The notes under the pieces: model-generated
Database searches by the model: none
What the model saw: the letters and a program-made list of their open reading frames with translations, nothing else
Told to the model about the DNA's origin: nothing
In this document: one piece after another, positions 27,261 to 37,699 of the stretch
Layout of the letters: each line of letters starts with the position of its first letter
Position numbering within the stretch: position 1 is the first letter of the stretch
Position numbers and translations under genes: made by a program
NCBI GenBank assembly: GCA_951813555.1
Contig: OX638344.1
Span: 1,688,990 to 1,752,989, forward strand
Direction of reading: 5' to 3'
From: an uncultured Acidimicrobiales bacterium
Lineage (GTDB): Bacteria > Actinomycetota > Acidimicrobiia > Acidimicrobiales > Bin134
DNA: 64,000 bases

Positions 27261-28043
27261 ATGGCGCTGGCGCTTGACCGGTATCCGGGAGTCACCTATG
27301 ACGCTGCTCCTCCTGAAGTCAGCGACCTCGAGGAACTGCGCCTGCTCCGCAAGTGGGAGGCGGCTATTGGGTACCGCATCTTTGCCGCCATGCGGTGGGG
27401 ACAGATCGGCGATGGCCACATCACCGCCCGCGACCCGATCCTCACCGACCACTTCTGGGTGCTGGGCTACGGGATCCGCTTCGGCGATGCCACTGTCGAC
27501 AACCTCACCCTGGTGGGCCCCGAGGGCCAGGGGGTGGCCGGCCCGTTGGAGAACGGGGTGAACTTCGCGGCCTACCACATCCACTGGCCGATCCTCAGCG
27601 CCCGTCCCGATCTTGCGTCGGCCGCTCACACCCACACTCCCTACGGCACGCCGTGGTCGGCCAACGTCGAGATGTTTCGGGCCATCAGCCAGGAGTCGTG
27701 CGCCTTCGTATTCGACCAATCGCTCTATGACGGCGACAACCTCGAGGTGAACGACGTGGCCGGCGGCGAGGCCATCGCCCAGGCCATGGGCAACAGCCGG
27801 GTGTGCATCCTCCGCAATCACGGCCTGCTCACCGGCGGGCGCTCGCCCGGAGAAGCCGTGGGGTGGTTCGTGGCCGCCGAGCGGGTGGCCGAAGTGCACG
27901 TGAAGGCCCCCGACGCCAAGCCCATCAGCGAGGAGGCCGCCAAAGAAGTCGAGTCCTCGCTGTTCTCGTTGGACAATGGCTGGCGGATGTTCCAATGGCT
28001 GGCCCGCGACTTGGTACCCGATCCTTCTGTGGTCATGGGCTGA
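27261..28043 (+). CDS. Class II aldolase/adducin domain protein
   Basis: Motifs GHITARDP..., ...AAYHIHWPILSARPDLASAAHTHTPYG are present. ATG 27261 is in frame within long ORF 26514..28043, whose first 249 codons are antisense to the nitroreductase gene. Confidence 0.75.
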   Translation: MALALDRYPGVTYDAAPPEVSDLEELRLLRKWEAAIGYRIFAAMRWGQIGDGHITARDPILTDHFWVLGYGIRFGDATVDNLTLVGPEGQGVAGPLENGVNFAAYHIHWPILSARPDLASAAHTHTPYGTPWSANVEMFRAISQESCAFVFDQSLYDGDNLEVNDVAGGEAIAQAMGNSRVCILRNHGLLTGGRSPGEAVGWFVAAERVAEVHVKAPDAKPISEEAAKEVESSLFSLDNGWRMFQWLARDLVPDPSVVMG

Positions 28044-28046
28044 GCG

Positions 28047-28909
<863 letters not shown>

Positions 28910-28962
28910 TTCCCATTCCTTCTGAAGAATGGCCGGCGTCGTATTGATAGCGTCGCGGCCCG

Positions 28963-30150
28963 GTGTACATCGACTACACAGACGAGCAGCGGGCGCTCAG
29001 CGCAGAGCTGAGGGCCTACTTCGCCGGCCTGATGACCGACGAGGTCCGCGAGGCACTCCAAGGAGCCCATGAGACCAGCCCGGTCCGGCGGGAGATCTTC
29101 CGCCGCCTAGGGCGCGACGGCATGCTGGGCATCGGCTGGCCCAAGGCCTATGGCGGCCAAGGACGATCAGCCATCGACCAGTTCATCTTCTTCGACGAGG
29201 CCCAGCGGTCGGGCTGCCCCATGCCGTTCGTCACCCTCAACACCGTGGGGCCCACGCTGATGGCCCACGGCTCCGAGGAGCACAAGGCGGCCTACCTGCC
29301 CGGCATTCTGACCGGCGACGTCCTGTTTGCCATCGGCTACAGCGAGGCGGGCGCGGGCACCGACCTGGCGTCTCTCACCACGAAGGCGGTAAGCGACGGC
29401 GATGAATGGGTGATCAACGGCCAAAAGATGTGGACCTCCGGTGCCAATGAGGCCGATTACATCTGGCTGGCCTGCCGGACCAATCCCGACGCCCCCAACC
29501 ACAAGGGCATCTCCATCATCATCGTGCCCACTGACAGCCCCGGCTTCTCCCATACCCCCATCGTGACCGTGGGCAACGCCACCACCACCGCCACCTACTA
29601 CGACGAGGTGCGAGTTCCGGCCGCCAATCTGGTGGGGGCGGAAAACGAGGGGTGGAAGCTCATCACCAGCCAGCTCAACCACGAGCGGGTGGGACTGGCC
29701 GCAGTGGGGGCGCTGTCGTTCCAGCTTTACGAGGAAGTGGTGGCCTGGGCAGCCGAGACCCCGGCCGCCGACGGGCACGAGTCGACGGTGCTGGACCAGG
29801 GATGGGTGCAGATGGACTTGGCCCGGTGCCACGCCAAACTGGAGGCCATGAAGCTGCTGAACTGGCAGATGGCCGCCGCGGTGGCCGCCGACTCCCTGGC
29901 GCCGGCGCGGGCGTCGGCGGTGAAGGTGTACGGCACCGAGGCGGTGAGCGATGTCTACCACTTGCTATTGGGAGTGCTGGGAGCGGGAGCCCACTTCCGG
30001 GAAGCGAGCCCGGGTGCTGTATTGGCGGGCCGGGTGGAGGCCGCCGCCCGCACCGCCCAGATAAACACGTTCGGTGGCGGGGTCAACGAGGTCCAACGCG
30101 AGATTGTGGCCTGGACTGGGCTCCAAATGACCCGGGGCGGTCGGCGGTGA
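28963..30150 (+). CDS. Acyl-CoA dehydrogenase (first of a coupled pair)
   Basis: ACAD motifs are present (GIGWPKAYGGQG, FAIGYSEAGAGTDLASL, TFGGGVNEVQREIV). It has a GTG start. Confidence 0.8.
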   Translation: MYIDYTDEQRALSAELRAYFAGLMTDEVREALQGAHETSPVRREIFRRLGRDGMLGIGWPKAYGGQGRSAIDQFIFFDEAQRSGCPMPFVTLNTVGPTLMAHGSEEHKAAYLPGILTGDVLFAIGYSEAGAGTDLASLTTKAVSDGDEWVINGQKMWTSGANEADYIWLACRTNPDAPNHKGISIIIVPTDSPGFSHTPIVTVGNATTTATYYDEVRVPAANLVGAENEGWKLITSQLNHERVGLAAVGALSFQLYEEVVAWAAETPAADGHESTVLDQGWVQMDLARCHAKLEAMKLLNWQMAAAVAADSLAPARASAVKVYGTEAVSDVYHLLLGVLGAGAHFREASPGAVLAGRVEAAARTAQINTFGGGVNEVQREIVAWTGLQMTRGGRR

Positions 30151-31283
30151 ACTTCGATTTCAGCGAGTCGCAGGAGGCGGTGGCCGCACTGGCCGAGCAG
30201 GTCTTCTCCGGCTCGGCGGGGGCCGACCGGGTGGCTGTAGTGGAGCGCACCGCCGATCGGTTCGACCGGGAGCTGTGGGCCGCGCTGGCTACATCCGATT
30301 TGTTGGGGGTGGCCATTGGCCAAGAGCACGGCGGGCTCGGCCTCGGCATGGTCGAGACCGCTTTGGTGTTGCGGGAGCAGGGCCGTCGGGTGGCACCGGT
30401 ACCGCTGTGGCCCACGCTGGTGCTGGGGGCCATGCCCATCGCCGAGTTCGGCGACCAGACACTGCGAGACCGCTGGCTGGGGGCGGTGGCCTCCGGGCAA
30501 GCAGTGCTCACCGGGGCACTGTCGGAGTGGGGGGCCGACGACGCATATTCGCCGTCGGTCACCGCGGCTCGCCTTCCCGGTGGGAGCTGGGAGCTGAACG
30601 GATCGAAGCCCGCAGTTCCTGCCGCGGGGTTAGCCGACGCCGTTTTGGTGTCCACCCGCATCGCTGGCGAAGACGACAGCCTGGCCGTGTTTGTCGTCGA
30701 CCTCGACGCCGACGGGGTGGAGGTGGAGCTGAGCGAGACCACCAGCCGGGAAATCCATGGCGAACTGGACTTGCGGTCGGCGGTGGTCGGCGAAGACGCG
30801 AGGCTGGACGGCGCCGACGGTCGGTCGATCATTGAGTGGATGCTGGTTCGGGCCCAGGTGGCGGTGGCCGCAGTGGCGGTGGGGTGCTGTGAGGAGGCCA
30901 CCGCCATGGCCGCGGCCTACACGTCGCAGCGAGAGCAATTCGGCCGTCCCCTGTCCACGAACCAAGGGGTGGCCATGCGGGCGGCAGACTGCTACATCGA
31001 CACCGACTGCATGAGGGCAACCCTGCTCCAGGCCGCCTGGCTCATCGACGAGGGGCGCTCTGCGGCCGAGATCGCCGATGCCGCCGCGGTGGCCAAGTGG
31101 TGGTCGGCCGACGCCGGCCAGCGGGTGGTGCATGCTACCCAGCATCTGCACGGTGGGATGGGGGCCGACGTCGACTACCCCGTCCACCGCTACTTCTTGT
31201 GGGTCAAGCAATTGGAGAACACCTTCGGCGGCGGCAGCCGCCAGCTGGCCGCCATCGGCCGAACTCTGGCCAAGGACTGGTAG
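30147..31283 (+). CDS. Acyl-CoA dehydrogenase (second of a coupled pair)
   Basis: VNFDFSESQEAVAALAEQVF... through ...HGGMGADVDYPVHRYF is ACAD-like. A GTGA overlap joins it to the upstream ACAD. The long ORF start at 29652 is rejected. Confidence 0.75.
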   Translation: MNFDFSESQEAVAALAEQVFSGSAGADRVAVVERTADRFDRELWAALATSDLLGVAIGQEHGGLGLGMVETALVLREQGRRVAPVPLWPTLVLGAMPIAEFGDQTLRDRWLGAVASGQAVLTGALSEWGADDAYSPSVTAARLPGGSWELNGSKPAVPAAGLADAVLVSTRIAGEDDSLAVFVVDLDADGVEVELSETTSREIHGELDLRSAVVGEDARLDGADGRSIIEWMLVRAQVAVAAVAVGCCEEATAMAAAYTSQREQFGRPLSTNQGVAMRAADCYIDTDCMRATLLQAAWLIDEGRSAAEIADAAAVAKWWSADAGQRVVHATQHLHGGMGADVDYPVHRYFLWVKQLENTFGGGSRQLAAIGRTLAKDW

Positions 31284-32132
31284 CTACCAGCCCTTCCAGT
31301 TGGGGTCGCGCCGCTCTTTGAAAGCGTCTACTCCCTCCATGGCGTCCTCGCCGGCCATCAGCAGGTCTTGGGCCCAGGCCTCCATCTCAAACATGGTCTG
31401 GCGGCTGGTCTCGAAGCTGCGGTTCACCAGCAGTTTGCTCATTGTGAGGCTCTTGGTGGGCTGGGCCGCCAGGCGCTCGGCCCAGGCTTGGGCGGTGGGC
31501 ATCAGCTGGTCGGGAGGCACTACCCGATTCACCAGGCCCATGGCGTGCGCATCGACTGCGCTCACGTCGTCGCCGAAGAACATCAGTTCCTTGGCCTTCT
31601 GGGGGCCGATCAGACGGGGCAGCAAGTACACGCCGCCGGCGTCGGGCACCAGGCCACGGCGCACGAACACCTCGATGAACCGCACTCCCTCCGCGGCGAC
31701 TACCAGATCGCAGGCCACCGCCATGTGTACTCCCATCCCCGCCGCGGTGCCGTTGACGGCGGCGATCACCGGCTTCTCGCAGTCCAAGATGGCTGCGACC
31801 AGCTTCTGAGCCCCGGTCTTGATGCCCCGAGCGCCATCCAGGATGGCTCGGGCGGGGGCCCCTTCAGGCCGCACCGGGTCGGGCCGGGACATGCGCAAAT
31901 CGGCGCCGGTGCAGAATCCCTTGCCTACCGCAGTGAAGATCACCGCTCGAACGGCGAGGTCTTCGCTGGCCCGGGCGAACTCGTCGGCCAAGAAATTCCG
32001 CTGGTCGGGGGTAATGGCGTTGTGGGCGTCAGGCCGGTTCAAGGTGAGGGTGAGCACGCCGCCGTCTTGGGCCACCAGGATGTCGCCGCCGAGGACCTCG
32101 GTTACGGTGCCTTCTGTACTCTCGCTGCTCAT
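31284..32132 (-). CDS. Enoyl-CoA hydratase/isomerase (crotonase family)
   Basis: VLTLTLNRPDAHNAI, FCTGADL and AAVNGTAAGMG are crotonase motifs. The internal ATG at 32132 (MSSEST) is preferred. Confidence 0.8.
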   Translation of the reverse strand: MSSESTEGTVTEVLGGDILVAQDGGVLTLTLNRPDAHNAITPDQRNFLADEFARASEDLAVRAVIFTAVGKGFCTGADLRMSRPDPVRPEGAPARAILDGARGIKTGAQKLVAAILDCEKPVIAAVNGTAAGMGVHMAVACDLVVAAEGVRFIEVFVRRGLVPDAGGVYLLPRLIGPQKAKELMFFGDDVSAVDAHAMGLVNRVVPPDQLMPTAQAWAERLAAQPTKSLTMSKLLVNRSFETSRQTMFEMEAWAQDLLMAGEDAMEGVDAFKERRDPNWKGW

Positions 32133-32207
32133 GTTGCTGGTACCTCGTCTAGCGTGGCCGTTCGTGCCCAGGAAATCATCGCCGAACTCCCTGTGGGCAA
32201 ACGCTAG

Positions 32208-33599
32208 GTGACCGCGGCGGCCGCCCCCCAACCAGTCACCGGGCATCCGGCCATCGGGTTGACAGTACTGGTCATCGCGGCCTCCCTGACCGGCATCGGC
32301 CTGTCGATCATGACAGTGGGCTACCCGGCACTCGGGGAGGCATTCCCCGGCGTCTCCGACCCGACCCTGTCGTGGGTCACCAACATCTTCACCATCGTCG
32401 GAGCGGCCACCTTGGTACCCGCCGGTGTGCTGGCCGACAAGCTTGGGCGGCGGCGGATGCTGCTCGTCGGCACGCTGCTTTTCTTGGCCGGCTCGGTGGT
32501 TGGGGGACTGGCCCCCTCGGTGGGAGTGCTTATCGGTGCCCGGGCGGTGCTGGCACTGGGCGCCTCCGCCGTGAACACGGCCGCAGTGGCCCTGCTGCTG
32601 GCCACCATGCCCGCCAACCGGCTGCCGCTGGCCATCGGAATCTGGGCGGTGGCCGGTGGGACATCGTCAGCCATCGGCCCGCCGGTGGGCGGATTGGCTA
32701 TCGAGTGGCTGGGGTGGGAGTGGATGTTCTGGCTGAACGTCCCGTTCTGCCTCATCGTCCTAGTCGTGGTTCCGTTGGTGTATAGGGAGTCCCGCAGCGC
32801 CGACATTCGGGCGCTGCCCGATCCCCTTGGTGGGCTGATGGTGGCCGCGGCCACCGCGCTGGTCACCTTGGGCATCGTGCAGAGTGATCCGTGGGGCTGG
32901 GCTGACTGGAAGGTAGGGGGCAGCATTGTGGGGGGTTTGGCCGTTTTCGGGCTGTTCGTGCAGCGGACATGGAATCACCCGAACCCGTTGGTGGAGCTGC
33001 GGCTTTTCCGCTTTCCCAATGTTCGCCGGAGCAACCTGTCCATGCTGATTTTCGCGTCGTCGTGGTTCGCCATGTTCTTCGGATTCACCGTGATCATCAT
33101 CCGGTCTTGGGGGTGGACTCCCATTGAGGGCGGGTTCGCAGTGGCGCCGCTGGCGCTGTTTGCCGGTGTGGTCGGCGTGCTCATCGGCCGGATCGCCCAC
33201 CGTACCGGCCATCGCATGTTCATCCTCCCCGGCACCGCCATCTATGTCAGCGGCACCATCATGCTGTGGGTGGTGTTGGGCGATGAACCCAACGCCGCGG
33301 TGTTCGTGACCGGCATGACCATTATCGGGGTGGCCACCGGCATGGTCTTCCCGTCCTTGATGGCCGCATCGGTCACCGATGTGCCTGCCGACAAGCATTC
33401 TTTGGCCACTGGCATCAACTTCACTGCTCAGCGGGTGGCGACCACCATCGGTGTGGCCCTCGGGCTCACCTTCGCCACCACCGCCGCCTCGGCATCGGAG
33501 GCCATCGACCTGCTTATGGGCATGGTGGTCGTCACCGCCGCCCTGTCTCTGCCCTTCTCCCTCCGGATCGACACCCGCCCTCGACAAGCGCAAGGCTGA
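32208..33599 (+). CDS. MFS transporter (drug:H+ antiporter-like, about 14 predicted TM segments)
   Basis: The protein is highly hydrophobic, 463 aa, and carries the MFS motif LADKLGRRRMLL. The start is uncertain. Confidence 0.75.
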   Translation: MTAAAAPQPVTGHPAIGLTVLVIAASLTGIGLSIMTVGYPALGEAFPGVSDPTLSWVTNIFTIVGAATLVPAGVLADKLGRRRMLLVGTLLFLAGSVVGGLAPSVGVLIGARAVLALGASAVNTAAVALLLATMPANRLPLAIGIWAVAGGTSSAIGPPVGGLAIEWLGWEWMFWLNVPFCLIVLVVVPLVYRESRSADIRALPDPLGGLMVAAATALVTLGIVQSDPWGWADWKVGGSIVGGLAVFGLFVQRTWNHPNPLVELRLFRFPNVRRSNLSMLIFASSWFAMFFGFTVIIIRSWGWTPIEGGFAVAPLALFAGVVGVLIGRIAHRTGHRMFILPGTAIYVSGTIMLWVVLGDEPNAAVFVTGMTIIGVATGMVFPSLMAASVTDVPADKHSLATGINFTAQRVATTIGVALGLTFATTAASASEAIDLLMGMVVVTAALSLPFSLRIDTRPRQAQG

Positions 33600-33603
33600 G
33601 GGC

Positions 33604-33903
33604 ATGTTCATCGCCATTGCCGACATGATCACTCTCGAAGATGCAGGCAACTTCCGGGAGTTCCATGTGGCAATCGACGGCGACGTGGCCGCCGCGGTGG
33701 CGGCCTTCGGAGGACGGGCCGCCGCCTCGGAACGGGACAATCACCTGTGGGTCGACATCGCCTTCGTGCGAGAGCTAGCCGGCGATGCAGTCGACGCCGA
33801 GTGGCAGGCCCAATTCGAAGGAATGCTGGCCTACGCCAACTCCAAAGGCTGGATCGACGAGCCCGCCAATCGAGTAGAAGCCCACATTCAGCCCCCGGGT
33901 TAG
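33604..33903 (+). CDS. Hypothetical protein (99 aa)
   Basis: ATG 33604 lies 5 nt after the MFS stop, within ORF 33379..33903. No domain was recognised. Confidence 0.4.
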   Translation: MFIAIADMITLEDAGNFREFHVAIDGDVAAAVAAFGGRAAASERDNHLWVDIAFVRELAGDAVDAEWQAQFEGMLAYANSKGWIDEPANRVEAHIQPPG

Positions 33904-33927
33904 TCACCCAGAGTCAGGTATTGACCC

Positions 33928-34938
33928 TCATTCCTTCAGGTTGGCGAACAGCTCGGCAACCAAGGGTTGGGGGGCGCCGTGGAGGGAGAGGTGGATGCGG
34001 TCGGCCAAGCCGCCGAAGCGGTTGTGAATCTCAGCAGCAGCCTCTGAGGGGGTGCCCTGGATGCTGAGGGTATGGACCATCTCGTCATCCCAGACGTCGC
34101 CGATGTCGCCCCAGCGGCCCTGTTTGGTGAGGCGGTTGAGCTCGTCTTGCAGCTCGCCCCAGCCGTGGGCGTCGAGCACCACCCGATACGCCGGAGTGGA
34201 ACCGTAGAAGCCCAGGTTGGAACGGCAGAGCTGCTCCACCCGCCAAGCCTCCGACTCGTCGGCATCGTCGCCGTACAGCCCGACGATTACCCCCACCCCG
34301 AAGGTGAAATCGTCCCGGCTGCGACCGGCGGTGGACAGACCCGCTTCTACCGCCGGGAGCGTTTTGGTCCGCAGGAAGCGCTCGGAGCAGAACGGGTGGA
34401 TCAGGATGCCGTCGGCGGTCTCGGCCACCATCTTGGTCATCTTCGGCCCGAGCGCCCCGGCCCAGATGGGTGGCGTCCCCCACTCCAGCGGTTCGGGCTC
34501 GAAGATCGGGGTGGAGAGCGTGAAGGTGTAGTAGTCGCCCCGGAAGTCGAGGGGATCGCCATCCTGCCACCGGGCGAAGATGGCCTTGGTGGCGGCCATC
34601 AGCTCCCGCATCTGGGCCACCGGGCGGTCCCACACCGCGCTGTAGCGCTTGGTGATGTGGGGTTTGATCTGAGATCCCAGGCCCAGGGCAAACTTCCCGC
34701 CCGACAGCCGGTGCAGATCGAACGACTGGTAGGCCAGGTGCATCGGGCTGCGGGGCAGGGCGATGGCCACGTTGGTGTAGAGGTCGAGTCCGGTGTCCTC
34801 GGCCGCGGCCAGCAGGGGGAAGAACACATCGCGCTGGCCTTCGAAGGTGAACACCCCGTCGACCCCCATGTCCTGGTAGGCCTGGGCCTGGTCCCGAACC
34901 CCGGACAGATCGGCCGATAGCGGCATGTCGAACTTCAT
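33928..34938 (-). CDS. LLM-class F420-dependent oxidoreductase
   Basis: The pattern DMGVDGVFTFEGQRDVFFPLLAAA...LGLGSQIKPHITKRYS is typical of F420-dependent LLM enzymes. Length is 336 aa. Confidence 0.7.
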   Translation of the reverse strand: MKFDMPLSADLSGVRDQAQAYQDMGVDGVFTFEGQRDVFFPLLAAAEDTGLDLYTNVAIALPRSPMHLAYQSFDLHRLSGGKFALGLGSQIKPHITKRYSAVWDRPVAQMRELMAATKAIFARWQDGDPLDFRGDYYTFTLSTPIFEPEPLEWGTPPIWAGALGPKMTKMVAETADGILIHPFCSERFLRTKTLPAVEAGLSTAGRSRDDFTFGVGVIVGLYGDDADESEAWRVEQLCRSNLGFYGSTPAYRVVLDAHGWGELQDELNRLTKQGRWGDIGDVWDDEMVHTLSIQGTPSEAAAEIHNRFGGLADRIHLSLHGAPQPLVAELFANLKE

Positions 34939-34981
34939 GGGTTTACCCTCGCTGGGCTGCTCACAATGTCGATTTTCACGG

Positions 34982-36139
34982 TCAGGAGCCTTTCAAGCGG
35001 GGGAACATGGGGAAGGGGACCTGCTCGGCGTCCTCCTGTTCAGGCAGTCCGCCGGCAAATGCGGGCCACACAACCTCGGCGGTGTGGGGGTGGGGCAGCG
35101 ACCAGTCGAACTCATCGTCGATGCCCACCATGTTGGTGAACGGCCACATCAGGCCCCTGAAGTACACATAGGTGCCGTTGCGGACCTTCTCCTCGAAGGT
35201 CCATGTGTTCATCAACCGGTAGGCGTCGGACTGGGCTTTCTTGACGGCCGCCAAGATGTCGGGCATCTCCTCCCGGTCCACCGGCACCAGCTTGCCGCCG
35301 GGCTGGGGGTCGAACACCGACATGGCCTCCAGCCAGGCCAGGTTGTCGGCCGGCACCGAGAACGTGGTTGACAGATCGTTCACCCGGTTGTGGACGCCGG
35401 GCCGGAACACCAAGCCCACCACCAGGTTCTGGTAGGGGACGTCGGCGGCCACATGGCTCCAGGGGATCCAGCTCTGGGCCAGCGAGGAGAACTCTCGGAC
35501 GATCATGTGGCGCCCGTTGGGCAGCGGATAGGGCCCGGTGTCACCGGTGCCCAGCCGGGTATCCAAGTACAGCAAGAACAGGTATTGCTGGAGTCCGGCC
35601 ACGAATCGCCGGGCGGTGCGGTTATCGCCGTCGCCATCCACCGACCAGGCCGCCTCATACAGGGTGTCGATGATCTCGGGGTCGCAGGTCCGCAGCGTGT
35701 CGGCCGCATCCCAGCACGACCGGAAGCCGTCGCCCCGCCACGGCTCCACCCAGCGAATCCAGTAGTCCATGAGGAAGCGCACCCGATCCTCCACGTCGTC
35801 CACCTGGGTGGTGAGCCCCATGGCCGACAGCTCCTCGAGTGCCCTCCAGCCGCCGAACGGGATGCAGACGAGGGCGAAGGGGTGGGCGTTGGTGGTCTGC
35901 GTGCCCGGCCCCCGCATCTTGGCCCCCAACTCGGACGCCTCCATTACCTCGTCGCAGCGGGCCAAGATGTCGGGCCAGCGCAGCCAGGCCTCCATGCCCG
36001 AGTAGCCGGTGTATTCCCGCACCGGGATCAACCCCGAGGTGAGACCGGTGCGCTTCTTGGAGTTCTCCGACACCAAGATGTCCCAGAACTCCACCAGTCG
36101 GTTCAGCTCCTCCATGTCCAGCGGAATGGTCTGCGGCAT
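34982..36139 (-). CDS. Hypothetical protein (385 aa, Trp-rich), function unknown
   Basis: Long ORF with coding-like composition and no motif I can assign. The antisense ORFs overlapping it are typical high-GC artefacts. Confidence 0.55.
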   Translation of the reverse strand: MPQTIPLDMEELNRLVEFWDILVSENSKKRTGLTSGLIPVREYTGYSGMEAWLRWPDILARCDEVMEASELGAKMRGPGTQTTNAHPFALVCIPFGGWRALEELSAMGLTTQVDDVEDRVRFLMDYWIRWVEPWRGDGFRSCWDAADTLRTCDPEIIDTLYEAAWSVDGDGDNRTARRFVAGLQQYLFLLYLDTRLGTGDTGPYPLPNGRHMIVREFSSLAQSWIPWSHVAADVPYQNLVVGLVFRPGVHNRVNDLSTTFSVPADNLAWLEAMSVFDPQPGGKLVPVDREEMPDILAAVKKAQSDAYRLMNTWTFEEKVRNGTYVYFRGLMWPFTNMVGIDDEFDWSLPHPHTAEVVWPAFAGGLPEQEDAEQVPFPMFPRLKGS

Positions 36140-36211
36140 GGCAGATGAGACTAGCCATCGGTTTGGCGGCTAGGTGTGTCGTAGAAGGCAGGCGCGGCCT
36201 ACGATCCTGGG

Positions 36212-37294
36212 ATGCTTGCGGCGATTATGCGAGAAGTGGGCGATGTCAACCTTGACGTTTGCGACGACGTCGAGATGTTGGACTTGGGCCCTGATGATGT
36301 AGCCATCAAGATCACCCACACGGGGGTGTGCCACTCCGATGTGTCGGCCATGAACGGAACCATTCCCCAGGCTCCGCCGGCGGTGCTCGGCCACGAGGGC
36401 GCGGGGATCATCCAGGAAGTCGGCTCCAATGTGGACGACCTGGCTTCCGGCGACCATGTGATCGTGGTGTGGTCTCCGCCCTGTGGAACTTGCGTCTACT
36501 GCACGGGACGCAACCAGCCCAACCTGTGCTCCAACATCACTTTCGGCTCCATGGCCCGAATGAAGTTCACCCAGGGTGGCCAGGAGATCGGCGGCATGGC
36601 CGGAGCGGGCACGTTCGCGGAAAAGATGCTCATGCCCCGCCAGGGCGTGGTGAAGATCGATCCCGACATCCCATTGGATGTGGCCTCCCTTATCGGCTGT
36701 GGCGTGATGACCGGGGCTGGGGCGGCCATGAACACTGCCAAGATCAGCCCAGGCTCGTCGGCGTTGGTGATCGGCGCCGGAGGCGTGGGCGTGGCCGCCA
36801 TCCAGGGGGCCAGGATCGCCGGGGCGGCCGAGATCGTGGCCGTGGACAAGAACCCGGCCAAGCTGGATGAAGCCATCTCTTTTGGGGCTACCCACGCGGT
36901 GCTGCCCGAAGACCTGGAGGGGGCCAAGAACGAGGTCACCGGCGGCGACGGTTTCGACTACGCCCTGGAATGCGTCGGCATTCCCGCACTCATGCGCACC
37001 GCCTACGACATGACCCGCCGGGGCGGCACCTGCTGCATCGTGGGTGTGGGTCGGATGGAGGAGACAGTGTCGTTCAGCGCCTTCGAGTTGTTCTACAACG
37101 AGAAGACCCTGGTGGGCTCATACTACGGCGGCACCGACGCGCGCACCGACTTCCACCGGCTGCTGCGGCTGTGGAAGAGCGGCAAGCTCGACTTGGAGAG
37201 CATGATCACCCGGCGCATTACCATCGACGAGGTCAACCCCGCCCTTGAGGCGGTGCGAAACGGCGAGGTTGTGCGCCAGGTCATCGAGTTTTGA
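36212..37294 (+). CDS. Zn-dependent alcohol dehydrogenase (class III/mycothiol-dependent-like)
   Basis: HTGVCHSDV...GHEGAGIIQEVG is the Zn-binding signature, and GAGGVGVAAIQGA is the Rossmann motif. Length is 360 aa. Confidence 0.85.
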   Translation: MLAAIMREVGDVNLDVCDDVEMLDLGPDDVAIKITHTGVCHSDVSAMNGTIPQAPPAVLGHEGAGIIQEVGSNVDDLASGDHVIVVWSPPCGTCVYCTGRNQPNLCSNITFGSMARMKFTQGGQEIGGMAGAGTFAEKMLMPRQGVVKIDPDIPLDVASLIGCGVMTGAGAAMNTAKISPGSSALVIGAGGVGVAAIQGARIAGAAEIVAVDKNPAKLDEAISFGATHAVLPEDLEGAKNEVTGGDGFDYALECVGIPALMRTAYDMTRRGGTCCIVGVGRMEETVSFSAFELFYNEKTLVGSYYGGTDARTDFHRLLRLWKSGKLDLESMITRRITIDEVNPALEAVRNGEVVRQVIEF

Positions 37295-37332
37295 CGGGCG
37301 ATGCTTGCTGAGCAGAAGGTCATCAAATCTTG

Positions 37333-37695
37333 ATGGGCGAGGTCGTTGGCCGGGGCAGCCCGGTGTTCTCGGGCATCTCCGGCCAAGGCCGGCTGATGCG
37401 TTTCGACACCCCTGATGACGTCATCGCTGTTCTCGATGCCGGTGACGACGTCGCCTCAGAGACGGTGGCGCTGGTGAAGGACGCTGGGGCCACGTTCTTG
37501 GCTCCCATAGAGGCCGACCTGGCTGGAATCCTGTGCCGGTCGGGCGACATTGAGAGCCACCTGGCCATCATCAGCCGGGACTTCCAGATCCCCTGTCTGA
37601 TGGGGGTGCAGTTCGACGGCGACGAGCCGGCCGACGGAACCGCGGTGGTCATCGACACCGATGCCGGCACTATCTCTTTGGACGGCCAGGGATAG
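37333..37695 (+). CDS. Stand-alone PEP-utilising-enzyme mobile (swivel phosphohistidine) domain protein
   Basis: LAGILCRSGDIESHLAIISRDFQIPCLMGV matches the GG.TSHaAIvAREfGIPavvG phosphohistidine loop. Length is about 120 aa. Confidence 0.65.
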   Translation: MGEVVGRGSPVFSGISGQGRLMRFDTPDDVIAVLDAGDDVASETVALVKDAGATFLAPIEADLAGILCRSGDIESHLAIISRDFQIPCLMGVQFDGDEPADGTAVVIDTDAGTISLDGQG

Positions 37696-37699
37696 CCAC

